A stretch of DNA of 63,143 nt, filler included, from Sphacelaria rigidula (taxonomy: Eukaryota): NCBI GenBank assembly GCA_964200075.2. It is 7 parts of 7 records of this genome, joined end to end, with 100 filler letters (N's around TTAATTAATTAA, not from the genome) between each part and the next. Parts side by side here need not be neighbours in the genome. Positions count along the whole stretch, not along the records: positions 45,176 to 54,109 come from CAXNAA020009711.1; positions 54,210 to 63,143 come from CAXNAA020009712.1; 5 more parts are not named here. One strand, 5' to 3'. Below the pieces are notes generated by a model that worked only from the letters and a program-made list of their open reading frames with translations, did not search any database and was not told the DNA's origin. Within the stretch, counting starts at the first letter, position 1; every line of letters begins with the position of its first letter. Position numbers and translations under genes: made by a program. Positions 49,139-59,940 of this stretch are shown here, piece after piece.

Positions 49139-51914
49139 CGCACTTTCACTGACCCCCCAGGGGTCCACCCGTGGTCTCATGATCGACGTACCCAAGAAAA
49201 ACGGAAGTGAAACACGCTCCTATGGAAAGAAAGGAAAGGAAACAGAAAAAAACAGGAACAGAAAAAAAAAAAAGAGGGAACGAACAGAACGACAAAGCAG
49301 ACTGAGTCGTGACAAAAAAAAGTAATGAAAAGTCAACACAAGCAAGCACAGAAAGAAATACTGCTGACGCGTTAGTCTTTCTATCTCGCAGACTAGATAT
49401 ACTGCAAGCTACGTGACCTGGCTACCTTGATACAGTAGACTACTGTAAAACAAACAGTGGCAGCACACTCCTTACAGCTGTATCCTACGTACGTATGTGG
49501 CTACATGTGTGAAAATATCTCCACCAAGGATCCACATGAAATGGCACTGTAGTACATGGTTCGTAGTGTTGTTGAACCGCTATAGGTTATACCGCTATTT
49601 TCTATTTAGTCGAAACCCCGAACACGGAAAAGTACAGCCAGATTGTAAGCTATGTTTCAATTTTGCAACAGAGTCAAACAACACTCATCATCTTGCAACC
49701 AGTCCGATCGTAGCCGTCCTGATCCGCGGTCAAACTCCTAGCTAGCGTGTGTGTCGTCATCCCATCTACTCTGGACGCCAGTCTACATCTTTCGGTATGC
49801 GTGGGTGCATCAGCGGGGATCACACAGGAGGAAGGCGAATACAGGTTTTTTTTTTTTTATTATCTTGTTTTAATCCACCTCCCTCCTGCGGCGCTTGTCT
49901 TTTTTTCATCCTGAGAGAGGTTCAGCATGCGTTTTCCCGAGTCGACCGTCAAGTAGAACTTTGTGTACCCACGGCGCAGTCGATGTCCCCTGTTGGGCAC
50001 GGTTTGAGAAAGAAACGAAACAGATAGTGCGACTGCATCAACATTCGCACACACGACCCAACCGTCAGAAGGTTTCGAGGTTGCCAACTGAGCCACCAGC
50101 AGGGCGACCGGCCAGGCTCTCGATACGCTATAGTACTGGCACATGACCGGTGATGATGATTTCCACAGTAAAACTGGTGTATTCTCAACCAATAGACTGG
50201 AGTTAATTGGAGTGCACAGCTCGTCACTGGGGAACCCGGTGGTGTCCTCAGTGTCGACGGTGTCCCGGGAACAAGATGGTACGCACCTCATACCCAGACC
50301 AATCTCAAGGTGTACACAAATGACTTTGTTCCCTTTGGTGCACCCCCAGGCACTGCTCGCGTCTACGACTCCAGCTTCGATCTTGTTGCCGACCTCGACT
50401 TGGCCGGTGGTGAGAACTCGTCCTTCGTAAATGACATCATCATCACCAAAAACGCGGCTTACATCACCGACTCCTTCAACCGCAACCTGTACAAGGTGAG
50501 GACCTGGACGTGTAGATGGTCAACGAAAGTGATTTCTTGGCTCGTTCCGCGACCGTTGGATTGCTTGAATCATCGATTCGATTGCACTCTTCGTAGGGTG
50601 ACGAATGTCAATATGTTTTCGATACAACTGAGCGCTCATTGCTATCTGTGACATCTTAACAGCGATCTTGACGTGTTTCTGTTTTCCTTTTGTCATATAG
50701 CCGTCAGAGTCCGTCGTCCCTGTAGTCGCTTCTCCCCCCGCTTGCTGGATTTGGTGAAATTTGGGTGTGGAGCCCGTTTCAGGAACCATTTTGTGCGCAA
50801 AGTCTACAACGTAGCATGCCGCTTCAACTGACGCAGATCAAAGGCTGTAGGTTGGGGTAGTTTATTGCACACCACTCTACTCCACAGGGGTGTAACGTAC
50901 GGTGCTAATTGCGAGTGGGCAAAGGACGAGGGGAGCTTACAGGCACTTCCTTCTTTTGCATATTGCCCACGTCACGAAGCTGCTGAACCTATTTGTAAAT
51001 GCTGTCGGAATGATTGCTGCGGCAGGTGGTGGTAATGTTGTGGTGAAATAATGATACTGTGTTGTACTGTGCGATAATGTACCTCCTCCCGCCTGCGGTC
51101 TTCGCGGAGCGCTTGGCCTCTGGTGCCTAAGCAGCCTCGCGTACTTTGAAGGTCGGCGGTGCTTGCTCAAGTACTCTGAGGCACAACCCTGCCGCCGTCG
51201 TGCAGGCAGAATCGAATGCTGAGCAGCTGTGCCAATTCATGTTGTGTTTGGGATCTTCTCGGGGGATTGCTGCTAGTGGTTGCACTATCACGTTCGCTAG
51301 ATGAGCCCCACGCCCTTACCCTGTGACCGTGCTGAAAGACTCCCTGATTTTCAGCTTGAACATGTGCCTGCCGGAGCCTGCTATCAATGTCCTGCTCTAG
51401 AGTGCAAATTAAGCCGCCTGCGACTTGCATTCAATTGTAATTCGCACACAAACTTTATGGCTGCGGAACCGTGTGGTTGCAAAAAGATAGCGCAGGTGCT
51501 TCATATGAGTGCACCGAATTCACATGTTCGTGCAATTTGTTGGAGGACCGCGTGCTTAGGGAACCGCATCGAAGTTGAGATACCCCTTTGGTAAGGGTTA
51601 GGGTTAGGGTTAGGGTGAGTGCTGGGGTTTGGGTCAGGGGCATGGTCCCTGTAGGGACTGGCCCGATTGGGCTTGAAAAACGTCGATCCTGGAGTGTTTT
51701 GAACTACGACGGGGCCTCTACGCACGCGGTCCTCCCACGCATTACACCAGCGTATGCTGCTTGGAATATTTGCACGTGCGCCTGCCTGCCTAACTCGCAG
51801 GTTCCCCTTGACGAGGATACCGGGGCTTTCATCGGACCGGACATTTTCGAAACCATTCAACTCAGCGACAATTTTCCTGTTGAAGATGGCGCGTGGTACG
51901 CGAACGGTATCGAG
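48536..51914 (+). CDS. Partial gene for an SMP-30/gluconolactonase-like six-bladed beta-propeller protein; exons 48536-48673, 50350-50495, 51801-51914
   Basis: AG/GT-bounded exons splice in frame (phases 1,0): GSIWMGDLTTGEGKVV..ANGLEHDKRSGYLYVAGGDEGTARVYDSS..FVNDIIITKNAAYITDSFNRNLYKVPLD..ANGIE. The FVND..AY.TDS and ANGI motifs are typical of the family. Confidence 0.82.
49100..49330 (-). mobile_element. (ATCA)n-tailed retroposon 3' end
   Basis: Reverse complement of ~1310-1497, with (ttga)n. Confidence 0.7.
49747..50112 (-). mobile_element. tRNA-derived SINE copy
   Basis: A box tggctcagttgg on the minus strand, conserved body, CA tail. Confidence 0.85.
51591..51616 (+). repeat. Short interstitial TTAGGG tract
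   Basis: gtaagggttagggttagggttagggt. Degenerate relatives at ~949-977 and ~33389-33423. Confidence 0.7.
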
Positions 51915-52999
51915 GTACGAGCCGTTGTGTCTGTCCTGTTGATCACTCAGCTTTGAGACCCACCCGTAATCATCTTTTCATGAATTTGACATGTGCTTCG
52001 CTCCGTGGTATCCGAATATTCGCTCCGAAGCAAGAATAATCCTATTACCTACGGCTAAGAAATTCATACCTCCGCCGGAAAGGTTTGCCGTTGGTAATCA
52101 GCTATCCGTCTGGCACGAAGCGCTCCGTCCGCAAAAACTGCCGCCTGGAGGCTAGCCCTGTTTCTGCCGGCACTGAGCATAGTCGTGTCGGTATTACCAC
52201 CTGCTAGCTCTAGTTGCCGCAATAGGTGATAGGTTGGTGACCGTATCATCTTCTAGTAACTAATTTTGGCGCGAGCACTTTCGGAACGGATAGTCGGAAG
52301 AAAAGAGCCAGAGGTGACAATTTCGGTGCGAGGCCCTATGTGGCGGGCCTCACCGAGGTATGCTCCGCCGTTGTTGGTAAGGCACCTAGTAAACCTAAAT
52401 GGGTTGGCAGCATCGTGCTAGCTTTCTGCACAGCGCGGGGGTGCTCCAAGACCCGTGGGTCCTACTGCTGCGGAGTCGACTGGTACACTGATTCTTCACA
52501 TCGAGGCAGCGCACCATCAGTTGAGGAGAAGGTCACCCCGCCACGAGGAAAGACTACACAGTATGGGAGCCAACCACAGTGTCGACACTATCTTGGTCCG
52601 TGCAGGGATTTTGGGTGTGTGCGCTGAAGTGGTTGGTGGGTTCTCCAATGAACTCAACACTTGAACCTTGTGTGCACATCGACGAGAAACCGCCCATGCG
52701 ATGGATGGAGAATGTACAAAAATACTCATTCCTGTCATTCGTGGAGCCCTAGCGGTTATGGCACCGTGAGGCCTCTCCGAACTGGTAATGTACCGGAGTT
52801 GCATTGGATGACTCCGCGTCGGACCAGAGTCGAGCTACAGCGAACTGAAACTCTCATGTCCCTCAATGATTTTGGTCCCCATTTCAATGGGAACGCGGAC
52901 AGTTGGCTCTGGGCGTTATTGTGAGTACGTTTGTGATTGTGATTCATGAGCTACATTTTTGTTCTGCAGCGAGTGACCCAGTTTTATTTTGATTCGGGT

Positions 53000-53075
53000 A
53001 CGCCTAGCATGTGACCACGACTAGATCCCTGAGGGGGCAGTTCAAGTGCGACGATCAACCAAGCAATCAATCAAA
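53000..53075 (+). mobile_element. Short (ATCA)n-tailed retroposon 3' end
   Basis: gaccacgactagatccctgagggggcagttcaagtgcgacgatcaaccaagcaatcaatcaa. Confidence 0.6.
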
Positions 53076-54109
53076 TTATTGCAGGGAGTGACAGAGCAGG
53101 CCATTATTCCGCTCGCGACGAATCATCATTCTCGCGGGGAGAGACTGAGCAGGCCACCATGCTGCTCGCAACGGATCACCATTTGTGTTGAAACATATTT
53201 TCCCAAGTAAGGTAGAAGATCAAAATGAGGTTCAACTCCGAAGCAGTTCTTTCCCTGACCTGAAGCCATGACAAATGTCGAATATCTTTCACATGGACCA
53301 TCCCCTGCCCCCCCGATCTCTTCGGAGTTATTACTGTTGGGGGCTTTTCGCCATCCGTTTAACCGAAGGGTATGTGCGAAATAAGCACCAGTTTCGGGGT
53401 GAGAAGCGTCCTTATTTTCACCCCGAAACCGAGGCAAAACGGTGCTTTCGCACACACACTTCGGAGGGACAGACGATGTAGAGGAGTTAAGATCATACTC
53501 AATCTACCCTAATTTTGGGTAGAGTATTGGGGTCATACCCAAGTGATACTCAATGTTCAAGTATTACTGAGAGTACTTACCCAACAATGGGTAGAGTATT
53601 TAAGGTCGTACAGAAGTGCCCAAAAAAAAAACTCTGACACCCTATATAACACCCCCCCTCCGGCGGTCGTAGTTTTTTTTCTTTTCTCATCAAGAAACAC
53701 TCAATAAATAGCCATTTTGGGGCGACCTGGATGAGGTAGCGCCCATGGTTGTTGGCCCTATCTGCCACCACAAGATGCGACGCACATTGGACGCACATTG
53801 GCGGTGCAGATAAATGCGTTTAGCTTGACTTGAGCAAGCATTGCAAAGCATTGTGGTATTTGTCTGGTCTTGTTCTTGTCGTGGAGGTGATGTGCAATGT
53901 ATTGCCGAAACGCATTAATGTAATTGGCCTTGCTTGGCTTCGAAGGTATGCGAGGAATTAAAGCTTCATTAACACGAATCTTTATATACTTTAAAATATT
54001 TATTGATATATATATATCATGTATGGGATCTCGTAACCAGACGGCAGGAACTTGGGTGTTAATTTAGAGAGGGGAGGGGAATATGCCAGTACATATAAGA
54101 ATGACCGAT

Positions 54110-54209
54110 NNNNNNNNNNNNNNNNNNNNNNNNNNNNNNNNNNNNNNNNNNNNTTAATTAATTAANNNNNNNNNNNNNNNNNNNNNNNNNNNNNNNNNNN
54201 NNNNNNNNN
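54110..54209. other. Artificial contig spacer
   Basis: N44-TTAATTAATTAA-N44. Confidence 0.98.
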
Positions 54210-56489
54210 TTTTTCGTACCTTTCTTGGGCAAAAAACGAGAAGGTATACCTTTTCTAGTCCATTGCTCAACATGAGATGCGGTTACGCCCTGATTACGCC
54301 GCATATCATATGCGGTCATGTATTACGGTACGGGTATACTGCACTTCATATAGTGGTCATGACGGAGTTTTCAAACTTCAAACCCATCAGCTGCGCCGCC
54401 AGACATGCATGCAAACGATTGTGGCGTTCTCTAGTGCGACGAAAGTAAATGATGTGCTTCTTTTTCAATCGGATTATATACTCCATATACTACGCCCTGG
54501 GCGCGGTGGTGCGCTGGAACATCAAGCGTGGTCGCCACTTATCGTCGTCTAATGGGGCCCGCAAGGCACCCGCACCGAGCAACATCATACACACCACCGA
54601 ACGCGGGATACGATCACGTTCTCGACCAGCAACTTGTGCCGACGATCCAGCCTTGAACATAGCTCTTCAGATATGCCCTATGTTGGGCCTCGTCCCTCTG
54701 GGGCACCTCGCTTATGTGAACTACACCTACTTTGCGGATGATCCAAGCTGGTATTTTATACAGTGGTTCTTGTACGCGAAAATCGGCGTACATTTGACTT
54801 CATCTTTGTTTTGGCGCAACACTGAAAAGCACTGAGAGCGCTTGCACGACCGTGCCTCCTGAAGTGAGTACCTCTACAGGCGATACCAAAATAGGTATCG
54901 CGCAGAATGACATCATCCAGAGTGTAGCCAACACAGATCGATCCTCGTTTGCCGGGGCAGGAGCCACCCGGCAGGTCATGATGTGGAAGTGAGCGCATCT
55001 GCGTGTCCATACACGCATTCCCTGACGTCTCACATTGTCTGGGCCGAGGGGACTCCGTTTTGAGGGCGTATCGACGGCATTGCCCAGAATCCGCATTCCC
55101 TCCGTGCGTCTGGCGCACCACGTAAAACGTACCACCGATCCGGGAATGTGCTGTTTGTGTTGTGGTCTACCTCTGTGCCAATTTTCAGGCTGGTTCGTTC
55201 AGACACGGCGGAGAAATCCACAAGCAAAGTAACGCTTGACTTGTACTGAAAATACAGTACTAAGTACTAAGCCGTCGAAAGATACATGAGATGCGTATTC
55301 GTATGATTCTCCCTGCCATCCCTGTCACAAGGACAAACCTGTCAACCCTGTCACAAGGATACCCCTGCGCCTGTATTTCACAGGTGCACCCTACGGGTTG
55401 CATTATCACAGGAATTTCGGCACCCCCCTTTGTTGGTTTTAGACACTTGACCCACAGTGGGGACGTTTGCCCACGTGTGTGCCTTGTTCAATTCGTCCAA
55501 GGCTCACCGCACGGTCTGGTGTTTGCTGGTGACTAAGGCCAAGGCAATGTTCACTTGTTTTCAACTGCATTGTTCTCATGTTCTCGTGATATTGGCGGCA
55601 TAAGCGGTGTACTCGTGCTCCCAAATGAACGAGAACCCGACGAAGAGAAACACGGGGGAAAAATACCCCGCCAACAATCATCCTGCTGCTTCAAGTCTTC
55701 CATGAACTTGGGAAGGCTTTTGTGGTTCGGTATCGACACCCCGCAAAAAAGAGCCAGTGCGGGCGACTTTCGAAGGCCAGAACACGCGCCAGAGGTATCA
55801 GATGATACTCAAACCTGAACGGTAATGTACCACTGCGCCTTCTTCGTGCACTGCAGAAGAAAACGCGTGATGAGATGCCTTACCTCCAGAGAAAACTAGG
55901 CAAAAGTGGTGAAAAAAGTGAAATGATACATGTACATATAGTGGTGCCCTGTGACTCCACCCGTATTGCCCGCCCGACATATTTTGGTATCACGGGATTG
56001 CACACATATTGCCCTATCAAAATATATGCATACATATTGGGGCCGTGTAAGCGACAACATATTTGCCGGTCAACATGTATTGGGGCCGTATGCGTGACAA
56101 CATATTGCCCGGTCAATATATACATATCGAGGTTTCGTGAGCGACAATATATCACCCAATATGCATCGGGCGGGCGCATCGACGCCGAGTATATTCTCCG
56201 CCGAATTATATTATTCAAGTATTGTACTCCGCCGTGTCCTCGAAGTCGCCCCGTCCGACGAATATCACATTCAATCTCGAGCACAGCTTTTACCTCGTCA
56301 TCGGCACATGTACGCGTGACTGGATTTTAAACACGCTTTTACTGCCTGTGTACTTCTTGTGTTACTGCGAGGCGAGCGGCGAGAAATAAACAAAGGCCGT
56401 TCACGTTGACGCGTGATACGCTGTTATGCGCGTGCTCGAAATTTACACGCATATATTTTCCAGTTCTTCATGTTTTTGATTGGTTCAAA

Positions 56490-56580
56490 TACGGTCATTT
56501 CAGATTTCAACTTTTGCCGTCCCCTTCAAAAACGGTCATTTCAGATTTCAACTGTTGCCGTCCCCTTCAAAGATGGTCAT
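56490..56580. repeat. 41-bp tandem duplication
   Basis: acggtcatttcagatttcaact(t/g)ttgccgtccccttcaaa occurs twice. Confidence 0.9.
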
Positions 56581-56734
56581 GTGAGAATTATAGTCACCTC
56601 AGAGATGGTGATGTGAGAGCTTGCCCTGCGCGTAAACCTTGAGATAAACAAACTACACATGTTGATCATGACCGCAAAAAGTAATGACCCATGAATGGAT
56701 GAAGCAATGGGAAAACATGACACAGTGACTATAC

Positions 56735-58179
56735 CTTGCGGGGCATTACAAAGGAGACCTTCATGTTGCCAAGGTTTGCGTTGAGCTCTGTCCGGACGGG
56801 GCTGGTCATGGCCACTTTCTGCTTCGTTTCCACGCGCACAGGAGCCGTCATGGCCACTTTCTCTTTCCCGTGTTCGTAGCTTGCCGCGCCCTCCGCACTT
56901 GGCTTGACCCGCGGAATGTTTTCGCCGAAAATGAAGCTGCGAGAAGAATTCACGGGCAGTCGGCGAGTGTTTTTCTCAGCGTTCGCATTGCAACATTTAC
57001 TGTAGTTACTGATAAACAGAAAGTTCAATCATCATGAGAAAGAGCAGCATGCAACCACGGCGCGGTGGACTTGCAACCGTGACGACCGTGCTCGTGCTCT
57101 GCCTGTTGAGTATCTTGAGTTCGTGGATCTAGCTGTGTGGGGGAGCACACGCAGGCTTCTCAGGGTGAAGATTGGTCTCTCGTCGGGGACCGAGTCAGCC
57201 AGCAAGCTACTTCGCGCTCACGGAGAGAACCCTTCGTGGAAATTGTTCCATTTGGGGGACTGAGGTGTACGGAACCCCGGGAACGTGAAAAACGCTTCCT
57301 CCACAGTCGTGGCAATGTTTTGTCAAGGAATGACGGGTGTCGGTACTATTTGATCCCGGGGGGGGGGCGTCAGCACAGAAACCGACACAGTTTGATGAAG
57401 GGGGATCGACATGTTTACCCCACGTCATGTTCCAAAATGACACGCGGAGGATACAGGTCATGTTTTCTTGGGGGGGGGGGGGGAAGAAGGGTGCTTCAGA
57501 AACCGCCCAAGAAGCGAACGTGGGGTGACTCTTGTACCACTGCTCGAGTGTCATTTTTGCACCTCTTGCACCTTGTGTACACCGGATGCGCACACCGTGG
57601 TCTTGGCGGGTTACAGTGAAACTGTGGGATCCAGTCCCAACAAACAGGACGGATTGAGATAAAATCTCCCCGGAAAACGCATGAAGCGGGGATGATATGT
57701 TTTCTATGAATATAAACCCAGACACCGTTTGTACTTGGGCGAAGGACGTATGAGCATCCATCTCTCAGTGCAATACGTTTCTGCTTGTACACGTGACTCA
57801 GTACACGGAAGTGAACAAATACATAAATAGATATACATGCCCACGAATCAAAGCCATATTTAGACTTTCCTCCTTAGCCTTCGCCGTTCCGCCATTTATA
57901 CCCGCACACAGCCGCAGACCGGCGGTCGGGTGAGGATCCCCACCCCGCACCCCCTGAACAAGCTATTCCTTTCTGCGCCAAAAACTGGTAATCATTTGGA
58001 GTAAAACACCTATACCTTGCAACGTTCATAAATCCCTTGGAGGTGCCATCCCTCATAGTCTTTTCCGTCACCGTAGACTCCGCGATGAGATAGGGTTCAT
58101 AGTGCCGAATCTCGGCCTTGAACCGCCCGGCCCGAACGGTCTTCAAGACTTGATAAGACGGTTTCTCCAGCATGCTAAC
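56735..58179 (-). CDS. Partial SOUL heme-binding protein gene; exons ~58179-58016 and 56936-56735
   Basis: LEKPSYQVLK..EIRHYEPYLIAES..GFMNVA|SFIFGEN..KVAMTAPV..VSFVMPRK. The phase-2 splice is in frame; the 5' acceptor position is ambiguous by a few nt. Confidence 0.9.
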
Positions 58180-59587
58180 CTGCAACCTGTTTGCGTTCAG
58201 GGCAGCAGCGTGAGCATATTTCCTGGGGGTTTTTGTTCTTTCATCAAGCAGGTGCTGTTTTTGTTGCTGCTACGGTTTTTCGCGCGATTGGTTTCCTCGC
58301 ACTTGTGTCCCAACCGACAGAAAAAGATGGGGAAACTGGTGGAAAAATAGACAAAAGCGGATAAGAGGGTCTTTGACAAGCAGGTAGGTTAATGAACCGC
58401 GCGACAATGAATTCGATGTGAAGGTGATTTGGCGCTACTCCAAGTCTGATGATAATTCGCAAGGGTTCGCTTGGGTTACTTCGTAGGATCGGGAACACCT
58501 CGTACATTCGGTTAAGTTAATGGGATCTTATGCCAGGTTTTACTGTAGTCCCGGTGTTTACTCCCACTTGGGCAATTTTTATTCCGTCATATCGAAAGAT
58601 GTACATGGCAACCTTTTCGCCAGTTCAAGTGTGTAGCGTTTGATTCGGTGTGGCCTTTCAATAGGACTAGCGCCGGAGGTGTCCATCGGGAATCAGCACC
58701 CTTTTCACTTGAGAAATGAATGCGCGACCCAAATGACCAACCCTGGCGATCAAATCCGAAGAGTCAGCCATTATACTGTATATACATTTCATCCCGAGTG
58801 ATACAAACATCAACGGATCATTGTTTGTAATCGCGGCGGGCTTAATACGCAACACTACGATTAAACGTATTGGCGGGAGGGGGAGGGGGGATGAACTGCA
58901 GTCCATTCTGTATAAGGTCAATACGGAAGGTGAATGAAGACAAAATTAGTGACAATGTTACGATGGGTGGCGTTGCTGGGTCCATTATTTCGATATCCGT
59001 TGAACAAAACGCTTCATGGAATACAGATAAACGTGAAGCCTAAACCTCCAAATTTAATCCTGTTCCGCAACGGCACTCGTAGTAACCTTTTGACCGCTGG
59101 GGTAGGTGATCTGTTCGATCTGCATCATTTTCACATGGAAAATATGGTAAGATGATTAGCATTCAAGAGATCACCTATCCTGACAGTGAAAGTACTAATC
59201 CGCAAAATAAAATGGCCCCGTCGCAAAACGTAGCAGGCGAACACACGACACCGAGTTAGGCGGCAGCAAGCATTGACTCACACGCGTCGTCCACCGAGCG
59301 ACGGTTAGTACTCCATTCATTAGTAATGCAACTAGAGTGTTTAGATGCGCAGAACATCATCAGTGTTTTCTGTGTTTTCAACTCTCCTTCGCACCAGAAT
59401 CAAATGGGATATTCGTTAACATCGTCCTTAGGTTTTGTCCCCACTCAGACATGTTCGTGTTTTATTCATGCGACCACGGCTGGACCCATGGGTTGTCAGT
59501 TCAAGGGCGGTGATCAATCAAAATCAAAATCAAAATCATCTATGTAACACATGAAAAATAGTTCGTCTTAAAAGCCCACACTCAAAA

Positions 59588-59940
59588 GCCGGTCGCCCCG
59601 GTGAATCAGTTGGTGACCTCGGAACCTTCTGACGGTGGGGTCGTGGATTCGAACCTCGGTGCAGTTTCGTGATCTGGGATTTTTCCTCACACAACGCCCA
59701 ACAGTGGAGAGCGACTATGTCGTGGGTACACAAAATTCGACTTCACGGTCGACGAGTGGAAGGGACTGCTGAACCCCTCTCGCGATAAAAAATACAGGCA
59801 AGCACCGCAGAATAGAACTGGAGAGTAAAAAAAAAAAAAAAAACTCCTGTGTTGGCCTTCCTCCTGTGTGACCCCGACCGGTGCGCCCACATATACCGAA
59901 AGGTGTAGACCGGCGTCCAGAATAGATGGGATGACGACAC
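59588..59940 (+). mobile_element. tRNA-derived SINE, full-length copy
   Basis: gccggtcgccccggtgaatcagttgg (A box) ...gattcgaacc (B box); body; gacgacac tail. Confidence 0.88.

Noticed and set aside
51591..51616. Telomere
   Set aside because: Only ~3-4 units, internal and intronic.
55135..55246. Candidate next SOUL exon (cag|TACAAG...)
   Set aside because: The translation does not resemble the expected SOUL continuation (Y..xxLPxP.D..V).
56790..56865. Doubled KVAMT(A/S)PVR motif in the SOUL protein as a novelty
   Set aside because: A doubled MTAPV motif occurs in other SOUL proteins; it is not unusual.
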